Shown piece after piece: positions 26,029 to 34,522 of a DNA stretch of 36,706 bases. The notes under the pieces were generated by a model that ran no database searches, was not told where the DNA came from, and was given only the letters and a program-made list of their open reading frames with translations. A program made the position numbers and the translations under genes. Origin of the DNA: an uncultured Dehalococcoidales bacterium (GTDB lineage: Bacteria > Chloroflexota > Dehalococcoidia > GIF9 > AB-539-J10); NCBI GenBank assembly GCA_964450165.1, contig CAYVCJ010000003.1, positions 1-36,706 on the forward strand, read 5' to 3'. Positions within the stretch are counted from its first letter, which is position 1. Each line of letters opens with the position of its first letter.

Positions 26029-27171
26029 TTATTTTAAGCCTGTTATTTCTCGCGCGATTGTCCATCTCTGCATCTCAGATGTTCCTTCGTATATTTCCAA
26101 TAATCTTTGGTCGCGGTAGTAGCGTTCTACTGGGAAATCTTTAGTATAGCCATAACCACCAAAGATCTGTATCGCTTTGTGGCATACTCTATGAGCTGCT
26201 TCGCTGGCATAAACCTTTGCCATGGCTGCTTCCTTAAGAGGGGACTTTCCTATTTTTTGTGTTAGCCAAGCTGCTTCGTAGATTAGCAGTTTAGATGTTT
26301 CAACATCTATTGCCATATCAGCAAGCATCCATTGGATTGCTTGATGTTGAGCAATTTTCTTCCCAAAAGCTTCCCTTTCTTTAGCGTATTCGACAGCAGC
26401 ATCATATGCTGCCTTGGCATTGCCTAATGCCTGAGTAGCTATAGCAACTCGGCTTTCATCTATTGCTTCCAAAGCTATTTTGAATCCTTTTCCTTCTGCT
26501 GCCAGTAGGTTCCCAATTGGTATCTTACAATTATCAAAAATTAGTTCTGCTGTTGAACTAGGATGCATACCCATTTTCCTTTCCAACTTGCCCACAGAAA
26601 AACCAGGGGTATCCTTATCTATGATAAAGGCACTGATTCCGCGATATCCTAAAGATGGATCCTTAGTAGCAAAAGTCGTGATGAACTCAGCTTCAGCACC
26701 ATTGGTTACGAATAGCTTGTTGCCATTAAGAATAAAGTAATCGCCATTTTGTGTATACCTTGTCTGTAGAATAGCAACATCACTACCACCTATTGCCTCA
26801 GTCAAAGCAAAGGCAGATATCGTTCCATTAACTGTGCGTGTGAGATATTTCTTCTTTTGTCCCTCGTTGCCATACATTAAGATTGGATAGATAGCTAAGC
26901 CAGTGCTAACCAAGTAAATCACACCCAAGCCACTACTTCCATAACTAATCTCCTCAATGGCTATAGTATTGCTTAATAAGTCCCCATTTCCTCCGATATT
27001 CTCAGGTAAGCCAGCGCTGAACATTCCCACTTCAGCCATCTTTTTAACCGTCTCAGATGGAAATTCCTCAGTTTCATCCCACTTGCTAGCACGGGGAGTA
27101 ACCTCTTTTGCTACAAAATCCCGTACCGCGTCTCGAAACATCCTTTGCTCTTCTGTAAACTCAAAATCCAT
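26029..27171 (-). CDS. acyl-CoA dehydrogenase (short/medium-chain type motif set)
   Basis: 380 aa. MDFEFTEEQRMFRDAVRDF start and the canonical C-terminal RYYRDQRLLEIYEGTSEMQR. Confidence 0.94.
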   Translation of the reverse strand: MDFEFTEEQRMFRDAVRDFVAKEVTPRASKWDETEEFPSETVKKMAEVGMFSAGLPENIGGNGDLLSNTIAIEEISYGSSGLGVIYLVSTGLAIYPILMYGNEGQKKKYLTRTVNGTISAFALTEAIGGSDVAILQTRYTQNGDYFILNGNKLFVTNGAEAEFITTFATKDPSLGYRGISAFIIDKDTPGFSVGKLERKMGMHPSSTAELIFDNCKIPIGNLLAAEGKGFKIALEAIDESRVAIATQALGNAKAAYDAAVEYAKEREAFGKKIAQHQAIQWMLADMAIDVETSKLLIYEAAWLTQKIGKSPLKEAAMAKVYASEAAHRVCHKAIQIFGGYGYTKDFPVERYYRDQRLLEIYEGTSEMQRWTIAREITGLK

Positions 27172-27444
27172 CTCCTATAACTCTCCTTTCTAGTTTAAAC
27201 TCAAATACAAAGAGGTTCTATTATCTTCTTAACTAAGATAAATAATGCTGCTCGTTTTTGGCGTTAAAGATTATACGTTAAAATTTGGGCTTGTGCAGCT
27301 ATTTTTAATGTTTTATCTGAAATTAACCAACCAAAGAGAATAACTTACTTGATTTTTAGAGTAGAGCTAGCTTAGAGCTATCTTTTACTTTTTATTGGTT
27401 CTAGGCAGAGAAGCTTAGTAATTCTTAGCCATTAGAGAGTTCCG

Positions 27445-27530
27445 CGCTATCCTAGAGGGATGCCAAGATAACTCAAATATATGAAGGCACAAATGAGATA
27501 GGAAGGGTGGTGATTTCGTGGAATTTATAG
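27445..27530 (+). pseudogene. decayed 3' fragment of a third acyl-CoA dehydrogenase gene
   Basis: Positions 27456..27530 translate as RDAKITQIYEGTNEIGRVVISWNL-stop, the ACAD C-terminal signature. It is preceded by RYPR (27445..27456) in a frame offset by an apparent 2-nt GG insertion. An in-frame TAG lies at 27453. There is no room for the other roughly 350 codons. Confidence 0.6.
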
Positions 27531-27535
27531 ACGAT

Positions 27536-28459
27536 TCAGTAAATGGAAATGGGCTCTTTATCGGTAATGACTTTTCTGGTTTCGGATAACTTCAGTCTCA
27601 AGTGCTTAGGGATGGTAAACATCGATTGATGGGTAAGCCCATCATAGGATTTCAATTCTTTTGATATTCTTGTTGAGATTTTAAGGTCAATTTCTTCAGG
27701 CGTTAATTTTCCCGGGTCAAGTTTCTGGGATGCGGAGGCAAATCCCCACAGGCTATTAAATGAAGGTATATGAGCTTGATAGGGGCGAACTATGGGGAAA
27801 ACGTTCGCCAGCGTATTAACGATGTCCGCGAAGTTCTCTAACTCTGTCCAATCGGCGGACTCGGATTGAACCGAGATAATGCCATCTGGTTGCAGCCTTT
27901 GTTTAACCAGGTGATAAAATTCCTGGGTATATAGCAGACGAGCTGGGCTTTTTTGTAAAGGGTCAGGCAGGTCAATGATGATGACATCAAATTTATCATC
28001 GTTTTTTTCAAGGTATTCCCTGGCGTCGGCGAAGTGCAATTCTGCCCGCTGGTCATCAAAGGAATTTTGGTGCCATGCAAACAAGAAGCGGCGGCAAATA
28101 TCCACTACTTCTTCATCAATGTCTACCATGATAGCTTTCTTGACTGAATTGTGGGCCAGCACTTCTCTTAACGTAGCTCCCTCACCACCACCAGCAATAA
28201 ACACCTTCTCGGGGTGGGAATGGGCGATCATGACAGGGTGTACTAAAGCTTCATGATAGATAAATTCATCAACTTCGCTTGATTGAATCTTGCCGTCAAG
28301 CACAAGGCATTTCCCAAACCTTTCATTATTAATGATATCTATAGACTGAAATTTGGTCTTCCCCGAATATGTCAACTCCCTGACCCTGTACGATATGGTA
28401 GTGTCGGGGTTGACATAATCGTGGAACCATTTATGTTTGTCAGGTTCAGCGGCCTTCAT
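27536..28459 (-). CDS. speE: spermidine synthase (polyamine aminopropyltransferase)
   Basis: 307 aa. KVFIAGGGEGATLREVL and VIIIDLPDP motifs. The ATG overlaps the upstream TAA as TAATG. Confidence 0.93.
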   Translation of the reverse strand: MKAAEPDKHKWFHDYVNPDTTISYRVRELTYSGKTKFQSIDIINNERFGKCLVLDGKIQSSEVDEFIYHEALVHPVMIAHSHPEKVFIAGGGEGATLREVLAHNSVKKAIMVDIDEEVVDICRRFLFAWHQNSFDDQRAELHFADAREYLEKNDDKFDVIIIDLPDPLQKSPARLLYTQEFYHLVKQRLQPDGIISVQSESADWTELENFADIVNTLANVFPIVRPYQAHIPSFNSLWGFASASQKLDPGKLTPEEIDLKISTRISKELKSYDGLTHQSMFTIPKHLRLKLSETRKVITDKEPISIY

Positions 28460-28836
28460 TATTTTGCGATACTCCTAACCTTACTTTCCTCTACCATGCC
28501 TCTTCGCAACTCGATTGCCGAATAGTTTTGGGACTGTAAGCTTTGTGTTATTAGATTGGCTATTTCCTCGGGATTTACATTGTTTCCGCAAGTAAACACA
28601 TCTACAGCCGCGTAGCTATACTCAGGCCAGGTATGAATTGCGATGTGAGATTCAGCGATATTAATTATTCCACTCACCCCACGAGGAGAAAATTGATGAA
28701 AGGATTCACCAACTATGGTGGCGCCGCATTGAAGGGCAGCTTGATTCAAGCAATCTCTAAGAAAATCTAGGTCATTTAACACCTCCTTATTGCAATTTCT
28801 TAACTCTAGTAACAGATGTCTTCCCAGTGCATACAA
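28459..28836 (-). CDS. speD: S-adenosylmethionine decarboxylase proenzyme (small pyruvoyl type)
   Basis: 125 aa with a TTG start 9 nt after GGAGG. The self-processing site motif is ESHIAIHTWPE. Confidence 0.92.
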   Translation of the reverse strand: MYALGRHLLLELRNCNKEVLNDLDFLRDCLNQAALQCGATIVGESFHQFSPRGVSGIINIAESHIAIHTWPEYSYAAVDVFTCGNNVNPEEIANLITQSLQSQNYSAIELRRGMVEESKVRSIAK

Positions 28837-28953
28837 ATCACCTTCCCTCCTTTAAGAGATTTCTAGATTTGCGCCCAAGTTCTCGGGCAACAGGTGGAGA
28901 TTTTATATCGTATGTTAACAAGGGTCAATATGTGCTGCGAAAGAAAACGCCTG

Positions 28954-29808
28954 TTATAAAATGATTCTGGCTATTCTCTCAATACCAGCCAGGTCAGGTA
29001 TTATCTCGATGGAAGCTTGGGCAAAGTGACTATTTATCAATGAAGTTATTGGCTCTTTTTGTCCATAGCCGATCTCTAAAAGCAGGCAACCACCTGGGCA
29101 GATCTTCCCCTGAATTTGATTTAGTAGCTGGCGTATTACATTCAAGCCATCCTCTCCGCCAATTAAAGCTACCGAAGGCTCAAAATCTATTGTTTCCGGG
29201 GCTAACATCCTCAATTCATGGTTTTTGACATAAGGTAGGTTAGCTATTATTACATTCACAGGCTCAGGCAGTGGTTCGAGCAGATTACCCTGCAGGAGGG
29301 TAATCTGATGGGTAACGTGGTGTCGCTGGCAATTTATATGGGCTACATGGAGAGTTGAAGTAGTGATATCTATGGCATAGACCTTCGCCTGTGGTAATGC
29401 CAAGGCAACGCTAATTGCGATAGCACCGCTGCCAGTGCCAATATCAGCGAGGATAAATTCATTTTGTGAAATACTGTGGTTGTGAGCGAAATTAATTGCT
29501 TCTTCGACCAATAGCTCGGTTTCTGGTCTGGGAATAAAGACATGATGGTTGACATAAAAATCGTGACCATAAAAGTCGCCATGCTCCAGGATGTAGGCAA
29601 TAGGTTCGTGAAGGAGGCAGCGATTAGTGGAGTGCTGAAGCTCTTTTATTTCTGTTGGGGTTAATACTCTTTGTGGCTCACTATACAATTTTGTTTTTGA
29701 TATTCCCAGCACATGGCAAAGCAAAAGCTCAGATTCAATACCAACCTCGTCGGAGTTTACCGATGCCAGTGTTTGCCTGGTTAGAATTAAAGCTTCTCTC
29801 GAGGTCAT
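28954..29808 (-). CDS. prmC: release factor glutamine methyltransferase PrmC/HemK
   Basis: 284 aa. EPIAYILEHGDFYG, IPRPETE and the DIGTGSGAI SAM motif. The catalytic tetrapeptide reads NLPY. ATGA overlap with prfA. Confidence 0.9.
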   Translation of the reverse strand: MTSREALILTRQTLASVNSDEVGIESELLLCHVLGISKTKLYSEPQRVLTPTEIKELQHSTNRCLLHEPIAYILEHGDFYGHDFYVNHHVFIPRPETELLVEEAINFAHNHSISQNEFILADIGTGSGAIAISVALALPQAKVYAIDITTSTLHVAHINCQRHHVTHQITLLQGNLLEPLPEPVNVIIANLPYVKNHELRMLAPETIDFEPSVALIGGEDGLNVIRQLLNQIQGKICPGGCLLLEIGYGQKEPITSLINSHFAQASIEIIPDLAGIERIARIIL

Positions 29809-30875
29809 GAGAGGATTGCTTCCAGTTGTTGAGCTTGCTCTGTGGTGGATAGTGCTTCAAGGAGTTCATCAAGCTCACCGTTCAGGATTTCAGTTAAGTG
29901 ATGAAAAACGGTATTAATGCGGTGGTCGGTGACCCGGTCCTGGGGGAAATTGTAAGTGCGAATCTTTTCTGCTCGGTCACCTGTGCCTACTTGTGTTCGC
30001 CGTTCCCTTTCGAGCGTCTCTGATTGCTTTTGTTGTTCTAGGCTGAATAATCTTGCTCTAAGAACCGACATAGCTTTCATTTTATTTTTCAATTGAGAGC
30101 GTTCAGCCTGGCAGGTAGCTGTTATCCCTGTAGGGATGTGTGTGATGCGTACCGCCGTGGTTACCTTGTTCACATTTTGCCCCCCGGCACCGCTGCTATG
30201 GAAGAGGTCTACCCTGAGCTCTTCTGGCTTTATGTTCAGCTCGATTTCCTCTGCTTCGGGAAGGACAGCTATAGTAGCTGTCGAGGTGTGAATCCGTCCT
30301 GAGGCTTCGGTAATAGGCACTCGTTGCACTCTATGTACTCCACGCTCATACTTCAGCTTGCTGAAAGCAGCTTTGCCTTTAACTTCGAATACCACTTCCT
30401 TAAAACCACCAACGTCAGTTTGACTACTATTCATGATATTTATTTGCCATCCTTTACTCTGAGCATAGTGACTATACATGCGAAACAGATCGGCGGCAAA
30501 AAGGCTTGCTTCCTCACCGCCAGCACCCGCTCTTATTTCAACGATGACATCTTTGTCATCGTTGGGGTTCTTCGGTACCAAAGAAAGCTTTAGTTTATCA
30601 ACTACGGCATCCCGACGTTGTTCTAGGTTGTTTCGTTCTTCTTTGATCAGAGCAATCATTTCAGGCTGAAGGTCATCACTGAGCAAAGCTTCTAGATCAG
30701 CCAACTCCTCGGAAATCGTTTTATATTGTTGATATTGGGTGACGATGTCCTTGAGGTTAGCTCTTTCCTGCATCAGCTCCTGTAGCTGTTTTGGGTCAGT
30801 AGCTATTTCAGGCTGGGCAATCATCTGCTCCAGTTCTTCGTAGCGCTTTTCTATTAATCCCAGTTTGTCGAACAT
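29805..30875 (-). CDS. prfA: peptide chain release factor 1
   Basis: 356 aa. GGQ motif (SGAGGQNVNK) and an RF1-type P-x-T tripeptide context (RVPITEASGRIHTS). Confidence 0.96.
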   Translation of the reverse strand: MFDKLGLIEKRYEELEQMIAQPEIATDPKQLQELMQERANLKDIVTQYQQYKTISEELADLEALLSDDLQPEMIALIKEERNNLEQRRDAVVDKLKLSLVPKNPNDDKDVIVEIRAGAGGEEASLFAADLFRMYSHYAQSKGWQINIMNSSQTDVGGFKEVVFEVKGKAAFSKLKYERGVHRVQRVPITEASGRIHTSTATIAVLPEAEEIELNIKPEELRVDLFHSSGAGGQNVNKVTTAVRITHIPTGITATCQAERSQLKNKMKAMSVLRARLFSLEQQKQSETLERERRTQVGTGDRAEKIRTYNFPQDRVTDHRINTVFHHLTEILNGELDELLEALSTTEQAQQLEAILS

Positions 30876-30962
30876 GGCTGTTGGTTAACCTTTCTGTTCT
30901 TCAAGGGTATTATAATATAGCCCACGAACCGTATTCAAACAGGTTTAAGGGGTAATGTTGCT

Positions 30963-31802
30963 ATGAGGGTTTACCCGGAGTGCTATGATTGCTTAGGAAG
31001 GCTAATTTGCCAGGCGGGCAGGCTGGCTACAAACGATGAATTACTCAGGCAAAAGGCGGTGGAGAAAGCCAAAAACATCCTTGACCAGGAGTTTTCTAGT
31101 GAGCAGATATCTATCGCAATTGCTACCAAGATCCATAAGATAATACGGGACGTAACTGGTAATCCAGACCCCTATCGAACGGTGAAGGCAAATGAGCTGG
31201 CCGTTGCCGCGGGATTGTTTTCTAAGGTGCAGGCTGAGTATGGAGATACTATTAACGATTATATTAAGCTTGCTGCTGTAGCTAATGCCATAGATTTCTT
31301 CAGGAGTCTCGACGATGTTGCCGAGGATATGAAGAAACCAGTGGAATTTGCCATAGATGATTCCCAGCGGTTTAAAGCAGAGTTAAAAAAGGCGTCCAAA
31401 GTTTTGTATTTGGCGGATAATATTGGTGAGATTTATTTTGACTTGCCTTTGGTCAAAAAGATGAGGCAATTAGTTGATGTTAAATACGTGGTTAAGCCTT
31501 CACCCGTTCAAAATGATGCCACGGTAGAGGATGTCAAAGAAGCTGGATTGGAAGGCGAATTTGGAACGGTGATGACTACAGGTATGGCTTCACCTGGGGT
31601 AATTCTTGACTTAGCTTCAAATCAATTCAGGCAGGAATTTAAAACGGCAGACCTTGTATTCGCTAAAGGCATGGGACATTATGAAGCATTGAGTGAACTT
31701 CCTGAGGAAGGGAAAGTGTTTTACTGCCTTATGGCAAAGTGCAGACCGGTGGCAAACTCGCTGGGAATACCGCTGAACAGCTATGTTGCTATGCTGAGGT
31801 GA
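30963..31802 (+). CDS. DUF89 family protein (damage-control phosphatase-like)
   Basis: 279 aa. N-terminal C..C pair (ECYDCLGRL), ADNIGEIYFD, QNDAT and KGMGHYEAL motifs are typical of DUF89/ARMT1-like proteins. Confidence 0.82.
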   Translation: MRVYPECYDCLGRLICQAGRLATNDELLRQKAVEKAKNILDQEFSSEQISIAIATKIHKIIRDVTGNPDPYRTVKANELAVAAGLFSKVQAEYGDTINDYIKLAAVANAIDFFRSLDDVAEDMKKPVEFAIDDSQRFKAELKKASKVLYLADNIGEIYFDLPLVKKMRQLVDVKYVVKPSPVQNDATVEDVKEAGLEGEFGTVMTTGMASPGVILDLASNQFRQEFKTADLVFAKGMGHYEALSELPEEGKVFYCLMAKCRPVANSLGIPLNSYVAMLR

Positions 31803-31820
31803 GTTAACACGTTGCGTTTC

Positions 31821-32372
31821 TTATTTTTGTATTAACTCTTTCAATGCGGAACAATAACTTTCATAGGTTGACGAATCAAAAAGGACAAAAATCACCTCCT
31901 TCAGGGAGGTAGGTTTTTCTTTAAGGAACGAAGCCACAGCTCTAAGAGCTACTCTGGCTGCCTTATCCAGGGGATAGCCGTATGCTCCTGTGCTTACAGA
32001 GGGAAAGGAGATACTGGTCAAATTCCTCTCTGCTGCTAGTTTGAGGCTTTCACGGTAAGCGCTAGCCAAAAGCTCGGCTTCATTTTTGTTGCCACCATCC
32101 CAGATAGGCCCCACAGTGTGTATAACATGCGTTGCCTTGAGGTTTCCCCCTGTGGTAATTACAGCTTTTCCTGTTGGCAATGGTCCTCGTTTAGCAACAA
32201 TTTGCTGGCACTCATCCAGGATAGCTGCCCCGCCAGCTCTATGTATTGCTCCGTCTACTCCCCCGCCACCCATCAAACTGGGATTGGCAGCATTGACTAT
32301 AGCGTCAGTATCTTGCTGCGTAATATCACCTTGAATTAACGAAAGCTTGACTTGATTAACTATTGTCTCCAT
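31821..32372 (-). CDS. macro domain protein (O-acetyl-ADP-ribose deacetylase-like)
   Basis: The ATG at 32372 follows GGAGGGAAAA. The track's GTG at 32384 lies inside that SD. GDITQQDTDAIVNAANPSLMGGGGVDGAIHRAGG is the macro domain signature. Confidence 0.9.
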   Translation of the reverse strand: METIVNQVKLSLIQGDITQQDTDAIVNAANPSLMGGGGVDGAIHRAGGAAILDECQQIVAKRGPLPTGKAVITTGGNLKATHVIHTVGPIWDGGNKNEAELLASAYRESLKLAAERNLTSISFPSVSTGAYGYPLDKAARVALRAVASFLKEKPTSLKEVIFVLFDSSTYESYCSALKELIQK

Positions 32373-32508
32373 TTTTCCCTCCACTTATCGATATTGGAAC
32401 TGAGGTACTAATTCTAAGAAATCTCGTTACCAATAGCAACGCCTGTAACCATCCTATTTCTCATCTCCAGGGCAAGGTTACATGATGGGAAAGTCTGCCA
32501 GATCAGTC

Positions 32509-32537
32509 TTGATGAGATTGATTGTTGCTGGTAACAT
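32509..32537 (+). promoter_or_regulatory. candidate promoter for the SRP RNA
   Basis: TTGATG (32509..32514), 17-nt spacer, TAACAT (32532..32537). The predicted start is 7-9 nt downstream, at the 5' end of the terminal helix. Confidence 0.35.
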
Positions 32538-32545
32538 TTACGGTA

Positions 32546-32813
32546 GGTCGTGCTAGGCGGGGAGCTAGCGGTGCCCTGAACCCGAAATCCGCTATAGCGG
32601 GGCTGAATTCCTGCTTGAGATTTCGAGGTGCAAGGTTGCTTTCTGTTAAGCGGTGGTGAAGTTTGGGTTCTATGCGACGGAGAACTACGAACCCCGTCAG
32701 GTCCGGAAGGAAGCAGCGGTAAGTAACATTCTCTGGGTGACATAGAGGTGCCTGGACGGAGCTGGCTGGCAAGAGTAATTTGCACCATAGAAACCGAGAG
32801 CAGGTGCACGACC
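32546..32813 (+). ncRNA. ffs: signal recognition particle RNA, large (Bacillus scRNA-like, Alu-domain-containing) form
   Basis: Contains the invariant domain IV sequence GTCAGGTCCGGAAGGAAGCAGC. The 5' GGTCGTGCTAGGCGGGGAGCTAGCGGTGCCCTG closely parallels the B. subtilis scRNA Alu domain. The terminal helix GGTCGTGC (32546..32553) pairs with GCACGACC (32806..32813). Total length is about 268 nt. Confidence 0.9.
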
Positions 32814-32828
32814 TAAATTGATATTTGG

Positions 32829-33665
32829 ATGTATCTCAAGGCGAAAAAAAGATTAGGCCAGCATTTCTTGATTAACGAAAGCGTGGTGGAGCGCATTCTC
32901 TCTGCAGCTGAACTTGATAGGGCTGACATTGTTGTGGAGATAGGTCCGGGAATGGGCATATTAACTGAAGAGCTGGCTCGGCGGACTGCCAGGGTGATTG
33001 CTGTGGAACTTGATATTAAATTGGTTAATATGGTGAGCAAAAGGCTGGCTTCTTTTCCAAATGTCGAGATTGTGCATGCTGATATACTCAAAATCACTCC
33101 TGAAGAGCTTCTGAAGGGAAAGATTGGTACTCCAGTGAGTAGCGGACAAGCTTATAAAGTAGTAGCTAATCTTCCTTATTATATTACTTCACCAATATTG
33201 TGGCATTTCCTCCGTGCTAAGCTGAAACCCTCGTTGATGGTGATAATGGTGCAGAAAGAGGTTGGCGAGGCTATAGCTGCCATGCCTGGCAAGATGACTC
33301 AGCTCAGCATTGGTGTCCAATTTTACAGTAAGCCGACCATTATAACTTATGTGCTAGCTAAGGATTTCCGTCCCCCACCTAAGGTAGATTCTGTGGTCCT
33401 GCGTCTCGACGTTTATTCTGAACCACCTGTTGAGGTATCTGATGTCCAAGGTTTTTTTGACATGGTTCATTGTGGCTTCGGTTCGCGTCGCAAGCAACTC
33501 CGCAACTCCCTGGCTCATAGTTTGGCAATATCACCTGACCAGGTCTGCTTGTTACTTGAAGGGATTGGAATAGATGCTACAAGGCGAGCGGAAACTCTGA
33601 GCTTGGAGGAATGGCGAAAGCTGTGGGAAGCTTTTGCCCCGCTTAGAACACAATCATTATGCTGA
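32829..33665 (+). CDS. rsmA: 16S rRNA (adenine1518/1519-N6)-dimethyltransferase RsmA/KsgA
   Basis: 278 aa. LGQHFL, the EIGPGMGILT SAM motif and ANLPYYITSP. Confidence 0.94.
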   Translation: MYLKAKKRLGQHFLINESVVERILSAAELDRADIVVEIGPGMGILTEELARRTARVIAVELDIKLVNMVSKRLASFPNVEIVHADILKITPEELLKGKIGTPVSSGQAYKVVANLPYYITSPILWHFLRAKLKPSLMVIMVQKEVGEAIAAMPGKMTQLSIGVQFYSKPTIITYVLAKDFRPPPKVDSVVLRLDVYSEPPVEVSDVQGFFDMVHCGFGSRRKQLRNSLAHSLAISPDQVCLLLEGIGIDATRRAETLSLEEWRKLWEAFAPLRTQSLC

Positions 33666-34522
33666 CTGTCTACGCACCGGCAAAGATAAACCTCGTTCTC
33701 GAAGTTTTGGGCGAGTATGATGATAATAACCACCAAATCAGGAGTATTGCCCAGACGATAACCTTATACGATGTTCTTAGCTTTGAGATAGGAAAAGAAA
33801 TATCTTTGGAATGCAACGAATCAAGCTTGCAAGCTGAAAACGTGGTGATAAAGGCAGCTAAACTGTTCCAGGAGGTTGCCAATTGCCATGAGGGTGTGCG
33901 AATCAGGCTTCGCAAGAATATACCGTGGGCCGCGGGTTTAGGCGGAGGGAGCAGCGATGCTGCCTCCACTCTCGTGGCGCTTAATACTCTGTGGGAAGTG
34001 CACTTTCCTCGATCGCGGTTGGCTCATTTAGCTTCACAGATAAGTTCGGATGTCCCGTTGTTTGTCTACGGGGGCACCACTCTTGTGGAGGGTAGTGGGG
34101 AGGAAGTGACTCCGTTGCCAGATTTGCCTCCAACATACTTCATCTTATACGTGCCGTCAGTACCAAGGATACCAGACAAGACAAGCAAGCTTTATGGCAA
34201 ATTGAGCAGCAGGAACTTCACTCATGGCGAGTTTATACATGCCGCCTTGCAGACTATGGAACAGGGGAAAACGCTCCCGTCCTCTTTAATGTTCAATGTT
34301 TTTGAAGCGGTAGCTTTTGATATCTTTCCCGAGCTTGATAAATATAAGGAAATATTTGAGCAAGCAGCGGGCTTACCTGTCCACCTCACTGGCTCAGGCC
34401 CCTGCCTGTTTACTCCCGTTCAGAACAAAGAAAAAGCCAATGAAGTGTGTCTATCTATGCAGAAACGGGGACTGGAATGTTATGTGGTAACTTCGCTTCC
34501 TAGAGGTGAACCAAGTGACTAA
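33659..34522 (+). CDS. ispE: 4-diphosphocytidyl-2-C-methyl-D-erythritol kinase
   Basis: 287 aa. APAKINLVLEV start and the GHMP kinase motif IPWAAGLGGGSSDAA. It overlaps the rsmA end by 7 nt. Confidence 0.93.
   Translation: MLTVYAPAKINLVLEVLGEYDDNNHQIRSIAQTITLYDVLSFEIGKEISLECNESSLQAENVVIKAAKLFQEVANCHEGVRIRLRKNIPWAAGLGGGSSDAASTLVALNTLWEVHFPRSRLAHLASQISSDVPLFVYGGTTLVEGSGEEVTPLPDLPPTYFILYVPSVPRIPDKTSKLYGKLSSRNFTHGEFIHAALQTMEQGKTLPSSLMFNVFEAVAFDIFPELDKYKEIFEQAAGLPVHLTGSGPCLFTPVQNKEKANEVCLSMQKRGLECYVVTSLPRGEPSD

Noticed and set aside
32426-32535. Interrupted inverted repeat GTTACC-AAT-AGCAAC / GTTGCT-GGTAAC enclosing about 83 nt upstream of the SRP RNA.
   Set aside because: A 6+6 bp match with a bulge is expected a few times by chance in 36 kb. 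The right arm is already explained by the putative ffs promoter, and there is no supporting inner structure.
32414-32809. 131-aa and 89-aa minus-strand ORFs (32414..32809 and 32503..32772).
   Set aside because: They lie antisense over the SRP RNA gene. Their Pro/Ser/Arg-rich, low-complexity translations look like GC-rich structured RNA read as protein, and they have no SD.
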